Positions 37,114 to 50,412 of a stretch of 55,831 nucleotides of DNA are shown here, piece after piece. Position 1 is the stretch's first letter. The number at the start of each line of letters is the position of its first letter. The translations under genes were made by a program, and so were the position numbers. This stretch comes from Phoronis australis (Eukaryota > Animalia > Phoronida): assembly GCA_002633005.1 (NCBI GenBank), contig NMRA01000255.1, forward strand, positions 1 through 55,831, read 5' to 3'. The notes below the pieces were generated by a model. The model did not search any database. It saw nothing but the letters and a program-made list of their open reading frames with translations, and had not been told where the DNA came from.

Positions 37114-40100
37114 TTAAAGAAATCCAATATTACCTAACACAGTTCAGGCTGACAGACGAAAAATCTTCGTTCTCTATTTATTGGCTTTTTGCAATCTCAT
37201 TTCAAATCGTGAACGCTTTCACACATTAATTAAGGCAACGTTTAATCGATAGGAAATTTGTTGCTATTGATATACCAATCAAGAACAGGTAAACCAACAA
37301 TGGACCAATAACAGGAGGACAGCCATGTCTGTCCAGAGTCAAATGTTTTTAAATGATCCTTGTTTTATGGATCTTGAGGGCCGGCATTTTCATGGCCACA
37401 TGAACGTTTATTAAGTTACAGCACACTCATGTCAGCAGAATCACGATAGAGCTAATGGCACTAAGACAATTGAATAACACGTTGTATTGTATATAACGTT
37501 GGCTTCATGGTTAATGGAAGCAAAGTGCGTTGAAAAATGTCCACTATTTGAGTTGCAAATAATGACGTGAAGTTTTAGTCTAGCGGTTATTGCCATCACT
37601 GAGTCAATACTGTCGCAAGCTGATTTTTTTGTCTCCTGGCCGTAAAAGGCTTTTTGATCGATATAGGGAAGATGACTCAGCAAAATTTCTCAGATTTTGT
37701 GGTCACGTTTCGAAACAAATTAGGGATGCGTTCCTTTACCGCAAGAATCTATCGAGTGAGCTAGGGTAGTGGTGAGCTTCGCTTTCAATGCATGGGGATA
37801 TCTCACAAATGCTTGCGTGTTGTTGGGTTTTCGAGAAGACCAACGCTACCGTAGCTCCCAGTAGATCTTTATTTTTCGCGACGTAGAAACCCCACTGGGT
37901 GGAGCTTGCATTGATGACCACTTGAAGCCAGAACCACTAAGAGAAGACGAACAACTTTGTAGTCAAATCAGCGATATTTCGTGAGACTTCATACAGCATG
38001 AAGTCGCCTGAGTTGTGGATGTTCAAATTTCAAAGTTTAAATTCATAAAATGTGAGGGATGCTCTAAGCTTGCACTTACAATAGGAAATCAAGAGCATGT
38101 ATCTTAAGTCTCGTTTAGGCATCAACTTTTGGCCCAGCGCAACTGACACGGAGCAAATTGACCCGTGTCAAGCGGCCGTTTACACTCACTAACCGTGACA
38201 AGAAGGAAATTAAAGGCTGGAGAGACTGGAACGCACATGCGCAGGTTCACAAATGACGAGAGTTGCAGAGATAAAGAACCCGTACGTAGGTCATTGCACA
38301 AACGCAGTAGAGATGATTCTTTCCGCCTTGGTCCAATTTCGCGTTTAGACTTATAATTGACACGACGCAAGATGTTCGGGCGCAATTTGCTCTATCTCAC
38401 CAACGGGTGGCAAAAAATTGTCACCGCGATGTCAATTTGCTCCATGTCAGTAAATTTACACACTGGAACAACTTGTTCCGTGTCATTTGACCTGTGTCAA
38501 CTTTGTAAGTGTAAACGGCACTTTATTGTTGATAACGTTACATACATGTAAACCATTCGCCGGGTGTCGCTTCCAGTCACGCAAATCACCACAGGAAATA
38601 TTTTAAAGTTCGTTGTAGGAATCAGTGGTGTCTACTGGCACGCGACACGTTATTGAATAAGCCAAACTTCTTCGTCTAGTTGCCGGTATAAGAGTGGAGA
38701 ACGCAATGTTGATTATGTAATCTTTTTGCTGGAATAGTATTAGGAGAACAAAATTAGTCTGACTGCACTAGGAGTCGAGCCTTGAACATTTTTTAGATTT
38801 CAAGATGTTTCTCCTAACCCGATGTATGATATCCTGAAGGAAAGTTTACAATAAAAACCATTGCAGGGTTAACATATTGACAACTTTAGTATACTGGATG
38901 TTTTTAGGCTCAAAACACTTTTTCGAGACCGCAATTTACTGCTATTTAGAGCACATAGCAAGCAAGAATTGGTTGGTCATCGGTCCGAAGGGCTGATAAT
39001 CCGAGGTGGAATTCCCTTTAGCAATATTTCGAAGGGCATATAGCGAGAAGGCTCAATACTGGTGAGACCAGCGACTGTTTGCATTTGGTTTACTTATTCA
39101 TCAAGACCATTTTTCATACTTTCGTGAGTTTGTAGTTTTTGGATTTACATGTAATTCCAGCCAACAGGTGTCAATAAGAAATGACGGATCCCACAAATCT
39201 CAGAGTACTTAGGCATGCGCATGCATCAGGGCTGCATACCGTTGCAAAATACAAGATCACGCAAGTCTTTGTGAGACATAGTCAAGCATTAAGACCGAAG
39301 CACGTGATCACAAAGCAAATCAATTTGAAATAGATTACTGCCACCCAAAGAGGGGGACGCCAAATTGAAAATAATGCGGATCAAAATTATGAGGGTTAGG
39401 CTTATAGTAAAACCAGGGATGAAATGAGGTTGGGGCGAATCGGTGTGTTGCATCTAAACCCTTCAGACTACAAGCCTATAAGACTATAGGCCCTTCCTAC
39501 TGCAGAACTACTAAATTTTGCACTGACAGTGTCTTTGTTTTTTTAAATCGAGTCGGTGGTGCAGTGTTTCTTTATGTGGTTACATTTCAGACCAGAAAAA
39601 GCCCACCTGATACGACCAGAACTGCCCTTGTGAAACTTCTTCCTTCAAGTCATGTTTATGCAGGTCCATGACATTTTCATGGTCAAACAGTGTGATTTGT
39701 GTATTGCCACGGAGGAGAGGAGTTGGACAGTTACCCGCCTGATTCATGCAGAAAATGAAAATTTCAATAAATTAAAATTCGGCATGGCTGCTTCTAATGA
39801 TAAATTACGGGGAAACAGAAAAAGAATGAACAGCGTAAAAAAGAAATCAATGTCAGTAAATCAAAAAAAATATTGATGTGAACTTTTCACATGGAGAATG
39901 TGAAATTTTCCAACTTCCCGAAAAAAATCACAGTGTTTTCGTACAGCATCAAAACACACATAATAAACTACAAATTATGGGAGACTGAACAAAAAATCCA
40001 AAAATCGAACGGAATAGGATGGCCAAAATGTTTTGGAAAATGCTAAAACCAAAGACTTCAGTTTGTGCAAATTCACAAGCCAAAAGTTGTCGCAACTAAA

Positions 40101-41198
40101 CGCTTGAAACATTTTGTGCTTGAAGGGCCTAAAAAAAAATTCATCTTGAGACTTTTGACAATTTGTTCAGGGAAGACTGTTTGTGATCCAACAGTGTGCC
40201 GTCAACATGCATATCCACATCAGCTTCTAATTAAAAGTCACACATTTCAACTGTGTACCACCTTGAACCGGCGAGGAAATATACTGTAGATCAGAAGCAT
40301 TTTAAGATTGGTCTGCACGCCACCTGTTGGGTACATCACGTGACCTAATAAACGCAAGTCTGAAAAGATTTTTGCCTCCGTGAATTATGTTCATTTACTG
40401 TACGCGAACTTGGAATTCTGCCTAATTTCAAGATCACTTGGAACTAAATATTCATTTGGGCAATCAGGGGATTTTTTTATTCAGTGTAAAAAGTTTTTGT
40501 TATTATTGGCTTAATGATTACACATTTTCTCCTTGTGTCAAAGAATCGAAGGAACATGTGAATTGTTAAATCAATTATTCTTTGGTGAATTAGATCGCCA
40601 ATTGTTGAAAAAGGGTTGGTTAAAATTTACATTATTTTATCACCATGTAATTTGATTGAGCGCAGTGCAAATCAAATCTCTTTATTTATAGTCAGTTTGA
40701 CAAAATAGACAAACACTAGCCAAAGGCTAATATCACTGACCGTAGATTATAACATAAAACGTAAACAATAAAATAATGAAAAACCAAGTACATGACAAAA
40801 TGAGAAAACACATATTGACGAAATATCATGAAAGTATGGCACACACGCATAGGCTACACACACGCACACATACACACGAGATTTAAAATCTGCATACACT
40901 GCGCCTGCATGATGGTTCTGTCCAAGATTTAATAAAACTCTTAAAAAGTTTATAATCCATGAACTTGTACTCACTGGGATGAGAGCTCCAAAGTTTTGCG
41001 CCGTTCACTGAAAAGGAGTTTAAACCTTGGCGCAAGATTTCAAGTTCACGCACAGCACATTAGCTCACGTGATGACCAACAGGTGGCGCGCGGACCAGAC
41101 CTAAAAACTTTGGTACCACCTCATTGTTTAACACTAAATTGTAAAGTTCTGTGACAGACAGAACATGTGATTATTTAATTTTTACATCGCTTCCAGAC

Positions 41199-42088
41199 AT
41201 GAAAACGAGAATTTGCCTCATGACCATGTTGTTCTTGTTAGGGATTCAGTTTCTGCACGCGTCGACACTGAAATCGGAAAGAGGGAAGCTGTTTGTTACC
41301 TAAAAACTATGAGTTTTCGTAAACAAGTTTTTTTATGGGTGGTTAGAACGTATTCATTGTTCACGAACTCATGTCTTTTTAGTTCGCAAAATTCTGAAAT
41401 GAATGTCAGTTTGTCCATACGGAAATTTCAATCAGAGAGCACACTTACATAGATTTACCCAGACATATGCAACAACTTACACTGGTGCAACTTGCTCTGC
41501 GCTGGTCACACTAGTTCAACTAGCGTCCACACAGCCCTCAAACCTAGCGATAACTCGTTCCAGGACTGAGTGAATTGTCTGTGTGTGGACGGTACTGTAA
41601 TGGGTCAAAGTGGACACAATTGGTCAAAATGGACTAAATCGATAAATGGACTGGATAAAACAACGTACCGTCGGATTTTCAGATCCAGAGCCCCGTTTTT
41701 AGGGTCACTACTCAAGTTCACGTCGTGTTTGAAGGTGTACGCTTGTCCTAGTCAAAGTCACTGGTTCTTGGGTCAGTAATTCATACTCATTTGAATGCAT
41801 TCAACCCAAGATCAGTGCTTCATACATTTCACATTCAAGCTTGCTTTGCAGACCATGTATCAAGTGAATCGCGGCGTTTGTTTCGAGTTGGAAAGAAGTC
41901 GTCGAGCACGCATGATTTGTGATAATAACGAATCGTGCCGGCAGTGGTGCATAAACCAAGGACGTGCTAGTGGGCGCTGCTATAAAGCCAAGTGTTACTG
42001 CAGAGGGTGTGTAGTCAAATTCTTTACCCGGTATTTTAACTGCAGTTCATTTCTTCTTCTTTGTTCTTTACCAGCCTCTTTCACGTGA
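41199..42088 (+). pseudogene. Probably disabled duplicate of the defensin-like gene
   Basis: The signal exon at 41199-41283 has its donor changed from GT to GG (41284-41285). Exon 2 starts at 41852 and lacks 2 nt (tttgcagag>tttcgag), which frameshifts the mature domain away from the signal peptide. Confidence 0.75.
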
Positions 42089-43751
42089 AACCGAAAATCA
42101 TGCTGTTTTAAATCTACCAAACAGGATTTTGATATAATATATTTAAAAAGCTGATTTCCGAGGCATGATGACATTGGCTTCAACCTTCATTTAGAACAGA
42201 GAAGCGTCCTGTGAGTGAACTTAGACCCGACACGCATTTGTTGGGTCTGTCAGCCCTAGGATTTTCTCAAGCGTCACAGTGTTGTACTCGTTAATGCTCT
42301 AGGCGTTTTCGGTAGCGTAATGTTGTTGAGACTACTGGCTTACTTATTTGTCGCTCTGTCTTGAAGTAAAGTTTGTTTGTTTGATTTTTATTGCGTAACC
42401 ATATTAAAAAGCGCCTATCCAGGCGCTGTTTGTGGGTTGACAGCGCAAAATCGACATTTTTTATTGAGAAAACGCATTTTTACAAAAGAGAATCAGTTTT
42501 CTGGAACGTTTCATGTGCGTCAATAACGCAAACCAGACCTACTCTTTTTTCACAACGCAGGCCGCTATTTCAAGTGAGATAGCGCATTTTTGATAAGATT
42601 CCGTCACTTGCAGAGAACGGTTTTTGAGCATCGGCGATGCAAGCCTAATATTTCATATTGAGAAAGCGTATCTTTGAAAAGAAGAAGCAACACTTGTCGG
42701 GAACGTTCTTTATGCGTTGACAACGCACATTTCTTACTGGGAAAGCTAGATTTTCAAAAATTAATCGCGCATTCCGTTTGAGTCTTATTGACCTGCATTT
42801 ATACTGCTATCAAATGACCGAGCCAGCAATGTTGATACTGCGACCGCTCATCGAAATAATGTACACCCACGAAATTGGGACACTAGCCGAAGCCCAAATT
42901 TGGAGGTCCGCCAAATTCGGACACCACAAAAATGATGTTTCGCGAGATTCGTCTAAGAATGATTTTTTTCTATGGGAATTAATTTTCAGTGTCCGAAAAA
43001 CGCGCGACTTAACCGTAACCGTGTTCGTTAATTATTGATACGCACTGCTGTTGACGTAACGATAAGCCTATAGGTAAATACAAATGTACATGTTGGTACT
43101 CAGCTTAAGTTTTTAATTGCTGTGAACATTCGCTGGTGTAACGGGTCGCCAATGAACTGCTGGGACTGGGGGTCCATGATATTGTAAGATATGGCTCTGC
43201 ACACAAATATGTTTATACAACTGACAGTTATGTGTGGGAACGTTAAGACAAAGATATTAGACTTTACTTCTCAATGTCTTCAGCATAAACTGAAAGATTA
43301 CACGCCGAAATGAACCGCCAATGTCCACACTTTGATTGTGTATTTGCGACCAAGCAACATTTTAACCATTTACCCCCTATCTAAATAGAACTCTGTGTAT
43401 TGGTTGCGTTGGATTGGGTTGATTCGGTCATCATTACGTAATCTTTGACAGTCTGGACTGCCGTGATTACGTACACGCCATCCAAGATTTTTTGTTGAAT
43501 CTGATTGGTCCTATTGCTGGTACCCGGATGGCATGTTTCGAGAAATCCCTTCAAATCGCCGTGAAGTGGATTAGTTCGTTCCAAATAGGGGTGTGAATTT
43601 TGCAGTTCGTGGCTTCGTCGTTGAACTTGAAGTCAGCGAGTAGAAGACCAAATGACCCCCTAATTCTCGGCTTATTTTGCACAAAAATTATTGAAGAAAT
43701 TGTCATTTTTCTATTTGTCATACCTTGCTTGGTAACATTAGAAGAAGTTAT

Positions 43752-43808
43752 ACGCATACGCACGCACGCAAACGCACGCAAACGCACGCACGCACACCCA
43801 CACACACA
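43752..43808. repeat. (ACGC)n/(AC)n compound microsatellite
   Basis: Directly visible. Confidence 0.85.
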
Positions 43809-44619
43809 TCAAGTGAAAATAGAACAACTAATGGACTAAAAATCTTTATACTTCTTGAGAAATTTGACAAATTAGAGTTTCGTATGTACATAGTAGTGTG
43901 TGCAAACTTGATAAAAGCGTATTATATATTAATTTTATTAACACAGCGCTCTTCGCAGTTGAAAAGAAAGTAGCTGCGATACGTTTCCAAAAACTAACAA
44001 AAACTATTCACACCCGAAGCGACCCGAGGAGATTCGATTGTATCGCGATGGAAACCAAAACCTCCAAAAACACGCTTAGCGGCAAATGAGGAGTAATGTC
44101 GATCACGTCATCATATACTGCATAGAATAAAACTCTGTGACATTTCATATGGAACATAAACTGCACCAATGATTAAGCTTAGGAAGTCTAAAACATTTCT
44201 CAGAACTGTCTTACTAAAACAATGTCTCAAGTGTCAGTGTGGATATCGAACTGAATAGTCATGTTATGAACGGGCCAGAATCCTTAAAGATGTATTTGCA
44301 TGCTCCTAACTATGCTAATGAATAACAGGAACTAAACGACGATGCTGTTTTAACGTACATGTAATCTACGCTAAACAATGTGCAACCTTCATGACGGAAC
44401 TTATTTGATCAGCTAAGTCGTTTATCCATGACGTAATTTGACCCATATTTAACATTCTTTACTAACAGCACGAGGCCGAAAGGCCTAAACAGTGGACATG
44501 TTGCAACTCATCTATGGCTGAATATGACGTTGTCTTTCATGATCAGCGGCGACCAGTATTTTCATGAATGTGTTCTTGCTTTTCGTTGGTTTGCTGTATA
44601 ACTGTAGCTTGTTTGACTC

Positions 44620-44742
44620 TCAGCTTGCAGTTCCGTTGAGTACTTGTGACGTAACATTGTGCATGCTACAATTATCCGGGTTATCAGCGCCAGTGCTAAA
44701 CTGAACCAGCACCAGGAAATAGGTCACGAAAACTCCCAGAAC
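44620..44742 (-). CDS. Gustatory-receptor-like protein, exon 3 (40 aa + stop); absent from the ORF track
   Basis: ttttcattctcag|VLGVFVTYFLVLVQFSTGADNPDNCSMHNVTSQVLNGTAS*, containing the GR-family TM7 signature TYhhhhhQF. Confidence 0.9.
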   Translation of the reverse strand, partial: VLGVFVTYFLVLVQFSTGADNPDNCSMHNVTSQVLNGTAS

Positions 44743-45312
44743 CTGAGAATGAAAAACAATAGCTTACTGATTATGCAAATGGGTCATGGCATCAAATAGC
44801 TGCAAAGTCCACTCGAAGGTTGTGTCGACTTAGGATGAAAGCTTTGGCGACAGGGAGGCCGTGAAAAATTGGAGCGTGAATGGAAAATTGCAGCTAAAAC
44901 AACTATCACCCCGGCCAAGATTTTCAATAGCTTAGAAAATCATGAATATTGTTTTGGGATTGTAGAAAGCACGAAAAATTACGCCAAGCCTATTATTTGG
45001 TGCCATGCAGTACCGAACCGGCGTTTTAGGCCACATGGTCTAAAGAAAGGTGATGATGGTTCCTTTAATAAACGCATTTAAATAAATACGCATACTAAAC
45101 AAATGTTTTGGTTAGACAGGCAGACCTCCCCCTAATCTCTCTTTTCCCTCTCCGTCGGTCACTGTATAGACTTGTAATATCTATTTGGTAAGCGAAGTCG
45201 TATGTATACATTTACGCAAATATCTTTATCATCAGCTTTCCGCAAAACTTGAATAGTATGCTGTCAGATCTATACAATCAAGCTCTTTTCGAAGCGACAG
45301 TAGGTAAATTAC

Positions 45313-45474
45313 CGTTACGAGCAGTGGCTTGTCGACAAGAAAATAGCCCCACGCAGTGACGCCGATTGGAGGCCCAGATAACTTGTTGACCATGAGCTGA
45401 AGTTCCATTACTTGTGGTAACGTCATGTCCGCTTCCTCGTCTACTTTATGAAGGGTAGAGAGAGTTTCATGTGC
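45313..45474 (-). CDS. Gustatory-receptor-like protein, exon 2 (54 codons)
   Basis: tttcag|AHETLSTLHK...QLMVNKLSGPPIGVTAWGYFLVDKPLLVT|gtaatt (phase 0), the typical GR/GRL 'T-x-x-G-hF-x-h-D' segment. Confidence 0.9.
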
Positions 45475-47320
45475 CTGAAACGTTAAATCAAGCACAACTT
45501 CGTGTAAAATTTTCTAGGAAGGCAGAGAGACACTTGAAAACGTTGTATTTTTCACAAACGTCTTCATAAAGAGATTTTTTAAAATGGCCATCGGAAAATT
45601 GATTGTGGTACCAGACAATCGCCAGCCTCTATAAGGTTGACTAGCTCCTTTCATTATATGCTTATTTGGAATCAAGTCAGTCTAATAAATCACTGCACAT
45701 GATTGAACCTTACATAATCTTCATTTACTAAATACTCATGTGTATTGAATCTTCTGTACATTTTACAAATCCTATTTTTCTGGCTAGAGTGTTGCTCAAA
45801 ATACAATTAAAATATTTGCCACAAACTTCATTGTCGTTTGTTGTCATGTATTTCTTTCGACAACGCTTACTTTTGGCAACAACAACTAGTTTGTTCTTGA
45901 CAACAATATTCAATTATACACGATATTTGTTGATGTCCTGTTGACTTTGCGTCATGGATAACAACCATCCTAGCAGCTATAAACCAACCTTACGTCTCAA
46001 AAACTAACTTTTGATCTATACCAACCATACCGTTATGAAATCGGTCTCATTTCAGAACTCTAGCAGTTGTTATTACTTGAGACCAGCCTCTTGTTCAGTA
46101 ACCCCAGGACCTCGCTAAAAAGCAAGACTTCGCGAGATTACATGGCTATCGCCGTGTATTTTGAATGAGAACATGTGACTTTATCTAGATTTTAGCTAGG
46201 TCCTAGCGTAGGTCCTAGCGTTACGTTTGTCTGAACGCACGCCAGGCTCTACAAGTCGGCATGTCACGGCGGGTCATTTCATGAGCCGAGCATGGTCTCA
46301 GGGAATAAAGAACTATCAGTTTTTTTGCAAAGCTTAAAAAGGATGCCACAATGCGTCGGCATAACCCTTCTGTGCTCTGACGCCACGTGCCAAGAGCGCA
46401 ATTTTGAAACGCGAAGCGTCGCGAGTTGCAGACACCTGTAATGACCGAAGGCCACGAAGTTTATGTCACCGATGAGTGCGATCAATCGCCGCAGAGTCCA
46501 AATACAGGAACCAGCACAGCTTCACGGACTATGGGATTTATGCAGATCAAACAATGGATAAATTCCTCTCGCAACTGAGTTCTAATTCAATCTCAGATTG
46601 GTCCAGAATACTCGTCAACTAATTACGACAATTTTTGGAAGGAGTATTCAATTACAATAAATTATTACAGAAAGAAAGCCGACGAGGAATGATTTGGACC
46701 GCGAACGTCTAAAACCCACCTTCCGTAAAGAATCTAACTTTTGTTTTAAACCACTTGCCGCTTTAAATATGGAGCTAACGTGTTCCTTACTAGGATTACT
46801 GAGCTTAAAAATAACTAACAAATTGTTATTGGTGGAGAACTGTCTCCATAAATTGGTTTGTCCCGGTGTGTCATTTTGATTGGCGAGCATGTTCTCAAGC
46901 ACTACCGACTTGTCAGTTCTTCCATAGCCCGGAAAGCATTCAATCCTCACACGAGTAAGGAACAATTTGAGTCCAGTTTTATGATACAAGATGATTCTCC
47001 CAAAGTTTTGTTTCTAATGTCTTTCGCAATACAGGCGCTCTTACGCAGATTGTACAACACGTAGGACCCTGTCAAACCGTCGTAGTTCTTGATACGTTCT
47101 AAGTAATTTGAACACAGTGGGGTGGAACTAAAATGGATCTGAATAAACGTTGGAACACATGTTACAAGTTGAGATTCTTGGACAGGAGCAGATCTTGTTG
47201 TGTGACAGGTACAAACTCGATTATCTCGATTTTTGTTCCACTAGTAATATATTGCTCCTAGAGCTTCTTTGTTGTAACTCTGAAATGAATGTAATGGTAA
47301 ACGGAATGTTTATAAATTAC

Positions 47321-48301
47321 CTTTTCATTTACGGACGCACCAAGCAGGATGATTGTAGCAACGCATCCAACACCATATGACAACCAAAAGATGTTTGTGC
47401 CGATAAAGAACGAACTGGATCGGAGACAAGAAAAGTTGACGAAGCAGTATATGATTATTAACACCAAGACCGTGTTGATGACGATGTTTATCGCAATGTA
47501 TAAGGAGAACACGTGGTCCAATATCTCCACCAGCTTGCAAACTTGTCCGTGCAGTTTCCGGTAATATGCAACATTTGGGAAAAGCTTTTTTTCTTTCACC
47601 ACCCTCTCTAGTTCACAAATGAACTCGTCCATGCACATGTTGGTCAAAGAAACCATAAGTATGAATAAAATGAAAGGGGCAAACCAGGCGGCGCTGCTGT
47701 ATGAATTTGGCATGATGTAAATGACCTTCAGTACCATCAATTCCGGATCGGCGTGCTTAAACGGAGCATAAAACACATCGTAGATCGGGGTAATCATTTG
47801 AACTAACGTAGAGAACAGAATATTCGCCAAATACATGAAAATAAATACAACGACTGCCAACTGGCATTTTCGCTGCACTCGTAGCAATGACGTCCGTCCC
47901 AGTCTCCAGCGAGATACCAACGTCCCAACAGCTTCGATGTACTGGGATATGTAGGTCGAATTATGGAAAAAGAAAAAAGTCAAAATAACGTGAGCAGCAC
48001 AATTAACATACCAAAGCAACCCACACGCAACGCCGAAAAAACTATAGTCGAGCACGTGAGTTCCCGTCCATAGCCAAACTTGACGAATGACGACAACACT
48101 GAGCAGAATGCAGACGAAGAGATGGTGAAAGCAACTTAGTCGCCATTTCGAGCATGGTCGTATGACACGCTTCAAGTTTTCGGCGTGAAAACTGCTTTCA
48201 GAAGGCATCGAATGTGCCTGGCCAAAGAGTTCCAGTGTAACGAAATATGGCCTGAAAACCTTTTGAACAAGTGCACGACCGTCAACATACCCATTTTCCA
48301 T
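47321..48301 (-). CDS. Gustatory-receptor-like (7tm_7/7TMIC) protein, exon 1 (327 codons)
   Basis: Long open frame with multiple hydrophobic helices and YRKLHGQVCKLVEILDHVFS. It ends ASVNEK|gtaatt (phase 0). Confidence 0.9.
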
Positions 48302-49825
48302 GGTCTTAAAGAAATCGAGTGTTACCTAACTCAGTTCAGACTGACAGACGAAAAATCTTCGTTCTCTATTTATTGACTTTTTGCAATCTCATTTCAAATC
48401 TTGAACGCTTTCACACATTAATTAAGGCAACGTTTAATCGATAGGAAATTTGTTGCTATTGATATACCAATCAAGAATAGGTAAACCAACAATGGACCAA
48501 TAACGGTAGGACAGCCATATGCATGCCTGTTCAGAGTCAAATGTTAGAGGTTTTAAATGATCCTTGTTTTATGGATCTTGAGGGCCGGCACTTTCATGGC
48601 CACATGAACCTTTGCTAAGTTACAGCACACTCAACATGTCAACAGAATCACGATAGAGCTAATGGCACTAATACAATTGAAAAACACATTGTAGTGTATA
48701 TAACGTTGGCTGCATGTCTAATGGAAGCAAAGTGCGTGTGAAGATTCTTGAAACCTGTCCACTATTTGAGTTGCAAATAATGACGTGAAGTTTTAGTCTA
48801 GCAGTTATCGAAATCACTGAGTCAATACTGTCGCACGCGGATTTTTGTCTCCTTGCCGTAAAAGGCTTTTTGATCGATATAGGGAAGATGACTCAGCAAA
48901 ATTTCTCAGATTTTGTGGTACGTTTCGAAACAAATTTGGGATGCGTTCCTTTACAGCAAGAATCTATCGAGTGAGCTAGCGTAGTGGCGAGCTTCGCTTT
49001 CAATGCATGGGGATATCTCACAAATGCTTGCGTGTTCTTGGGTTTTCGCGAAGTCCAACGCTACCCGGAGCTCCCAGAAGATCTGTATTTTTCGCGACGC
49101 AGAACCCCCACTGGGTAGAGCTTGGGCTGATAACCGCTTGAAGCCAGACCCACTAAGAGAAGACGAATAACTTTGTAGTCCAAATCAGCGATAATTCGTG
49201 AGACTTCATGCAGCATAAAGTCGCCCGAGTTGTGGATGTTGTGAAATTTCAAAGTTTAAATTCATAAAATGTGAGAGATGCTCTAAGCTTGCATTTACAA
49301 TACGAATGTGTCTGTAAGAGCATGCATCTTAAGTCCCGTTTAGACATCAACTTTTGGCCCGGCGCAACTGACATGGAGCAAATTGACCCGTGTCAAGCGG
49401 CCGTTTACACACACAACTCACCAACTAGACGGAAATTAAAGGGTGAAGAGACTGGAACGCACATGCGCAGTTGCAGAGACAAAGAACCCGTACGTAGGTC
49501 ATTGCACAAGCGTAGTCTCCTACATGCAGAATGGTGAATGTTGGCCAATTCCCCTTTTGTCCACTGACGTCACAAGCATACTGGCGCCCCCAGTGGAGGC
49601 CCTGAGAACTCGTAAACAAGCATGCTGGCGACTGTGGTTAAAGTATTTTTTATGATTTTTCCAGAGTCGCTATGTTTTAGAGTGTTTTTTAAATAATGTT
49701 GCATGTCATACCTCTCACAAAATTAATATTGTTCCAATAAATTAAGAAAATTGGAATATTCATTCTCGCGATCCTGCAACACCATCCAAATGTTCTTCTG
49801 TGACACACGGNTGCACAAGCGTAGT

Positions 49826-50412
49826 CTCGCTGGTTCCCTGCGTGCCGCTAGGTGGGGCGGTAGCTGCGCCAGCACGCAGGTATCACTTAATTTTCCTCGG
49901 TAAATTTTTTTACACCGGCGTTTCTGATTGGCTAGTCAACAGGCAGCGCTTTACGCAAACAAACTGGTATGACTGATGGACTAAAGTGTAAACGGGGTCT
50001 GTTGTGCAGAAAAATCTGGTGCTTAAAATTTATGTTCAGGAAATGTGAAGCCTAGAAATTGTAATTGCGCCTTTTCGGGATGCATCATTCTACTGTCGAT
50101 GACTTTTGTTTACGACAGTGTCCTGTATTCATACAGTATGAATAACACACCGGTTAAATCGGCCAGATGTGTTTATTGTACATGTATGTGCTTCAAGCAC
50201 GCGGCTATTAAACATCACTGCAGAAACGAAATAGTTTCTGCGACGCCATAAGCTTGCATGACAAGGCTAAAAATCGTTCACAGCCCGCCATTTTTTCACG
50301 TTGTTGTAAAGCTAACCAATGACTGCCGAGGTTACATCGACCAATGCTAAAGTGCGTGCCACTGCGTGATACCTGCGTGCTGGCTGGGCTAAGCACGCGG
50401 GGAACCAGCGAG
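49826..50412. mobile_element. Non-autonomous TIR element with a 9-bp target duplication (MULE- or AcademH-like)
   Basis: AAGCGTAGT flanks both ends (49817-49825 / 50413-50421). TIR is CTCGCTGGTTCCC(T/C)GCGTGC with an inner inverted GCCAGCACGCAGGTATCAC. Absent from copy A. Confidence 0.75.

Larger units (their letters stand above)
35976..42383 (+). repeat. Segmental duplication, copy A
   Basis: Colinear high similarity to 47917-55123 by direct reading, apart from copy-specific insertions. Confidence 0.95.

Noticed and set aside
41795-41851. ORF-track N-termini of the defensin ORFs (MHSTQD.. and MNAFNP.. at 54529)
   Set aside because: They lie in the intron upstream of the ttgcag acceptor, are in different frames in the two copies, and encode no signal peptide.
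42390-43050. Subrepeat-rich segment (GAGAAAACGCATTTTT-like units) right after duplication copy A
   Set aside because: It is probably transposon-derived, but I could not define termini or a target duplication, so it was not called.
43551-43660. Minus-strand FGLLLADFKF as the last GRL exon
   Set aside because: It has no good in-phase acceptor and no TY..QF motif. The exon at 44620-44742 has both.
47258-47320. ORF-track C-terminus VIYKHSVYHYIHFRVTTKKL of the 347-aa ORF
   Set aside because: This is intron read-through past the AAG|GTAATT donor. The real C-terminus is encoded by exons 2 and 3.
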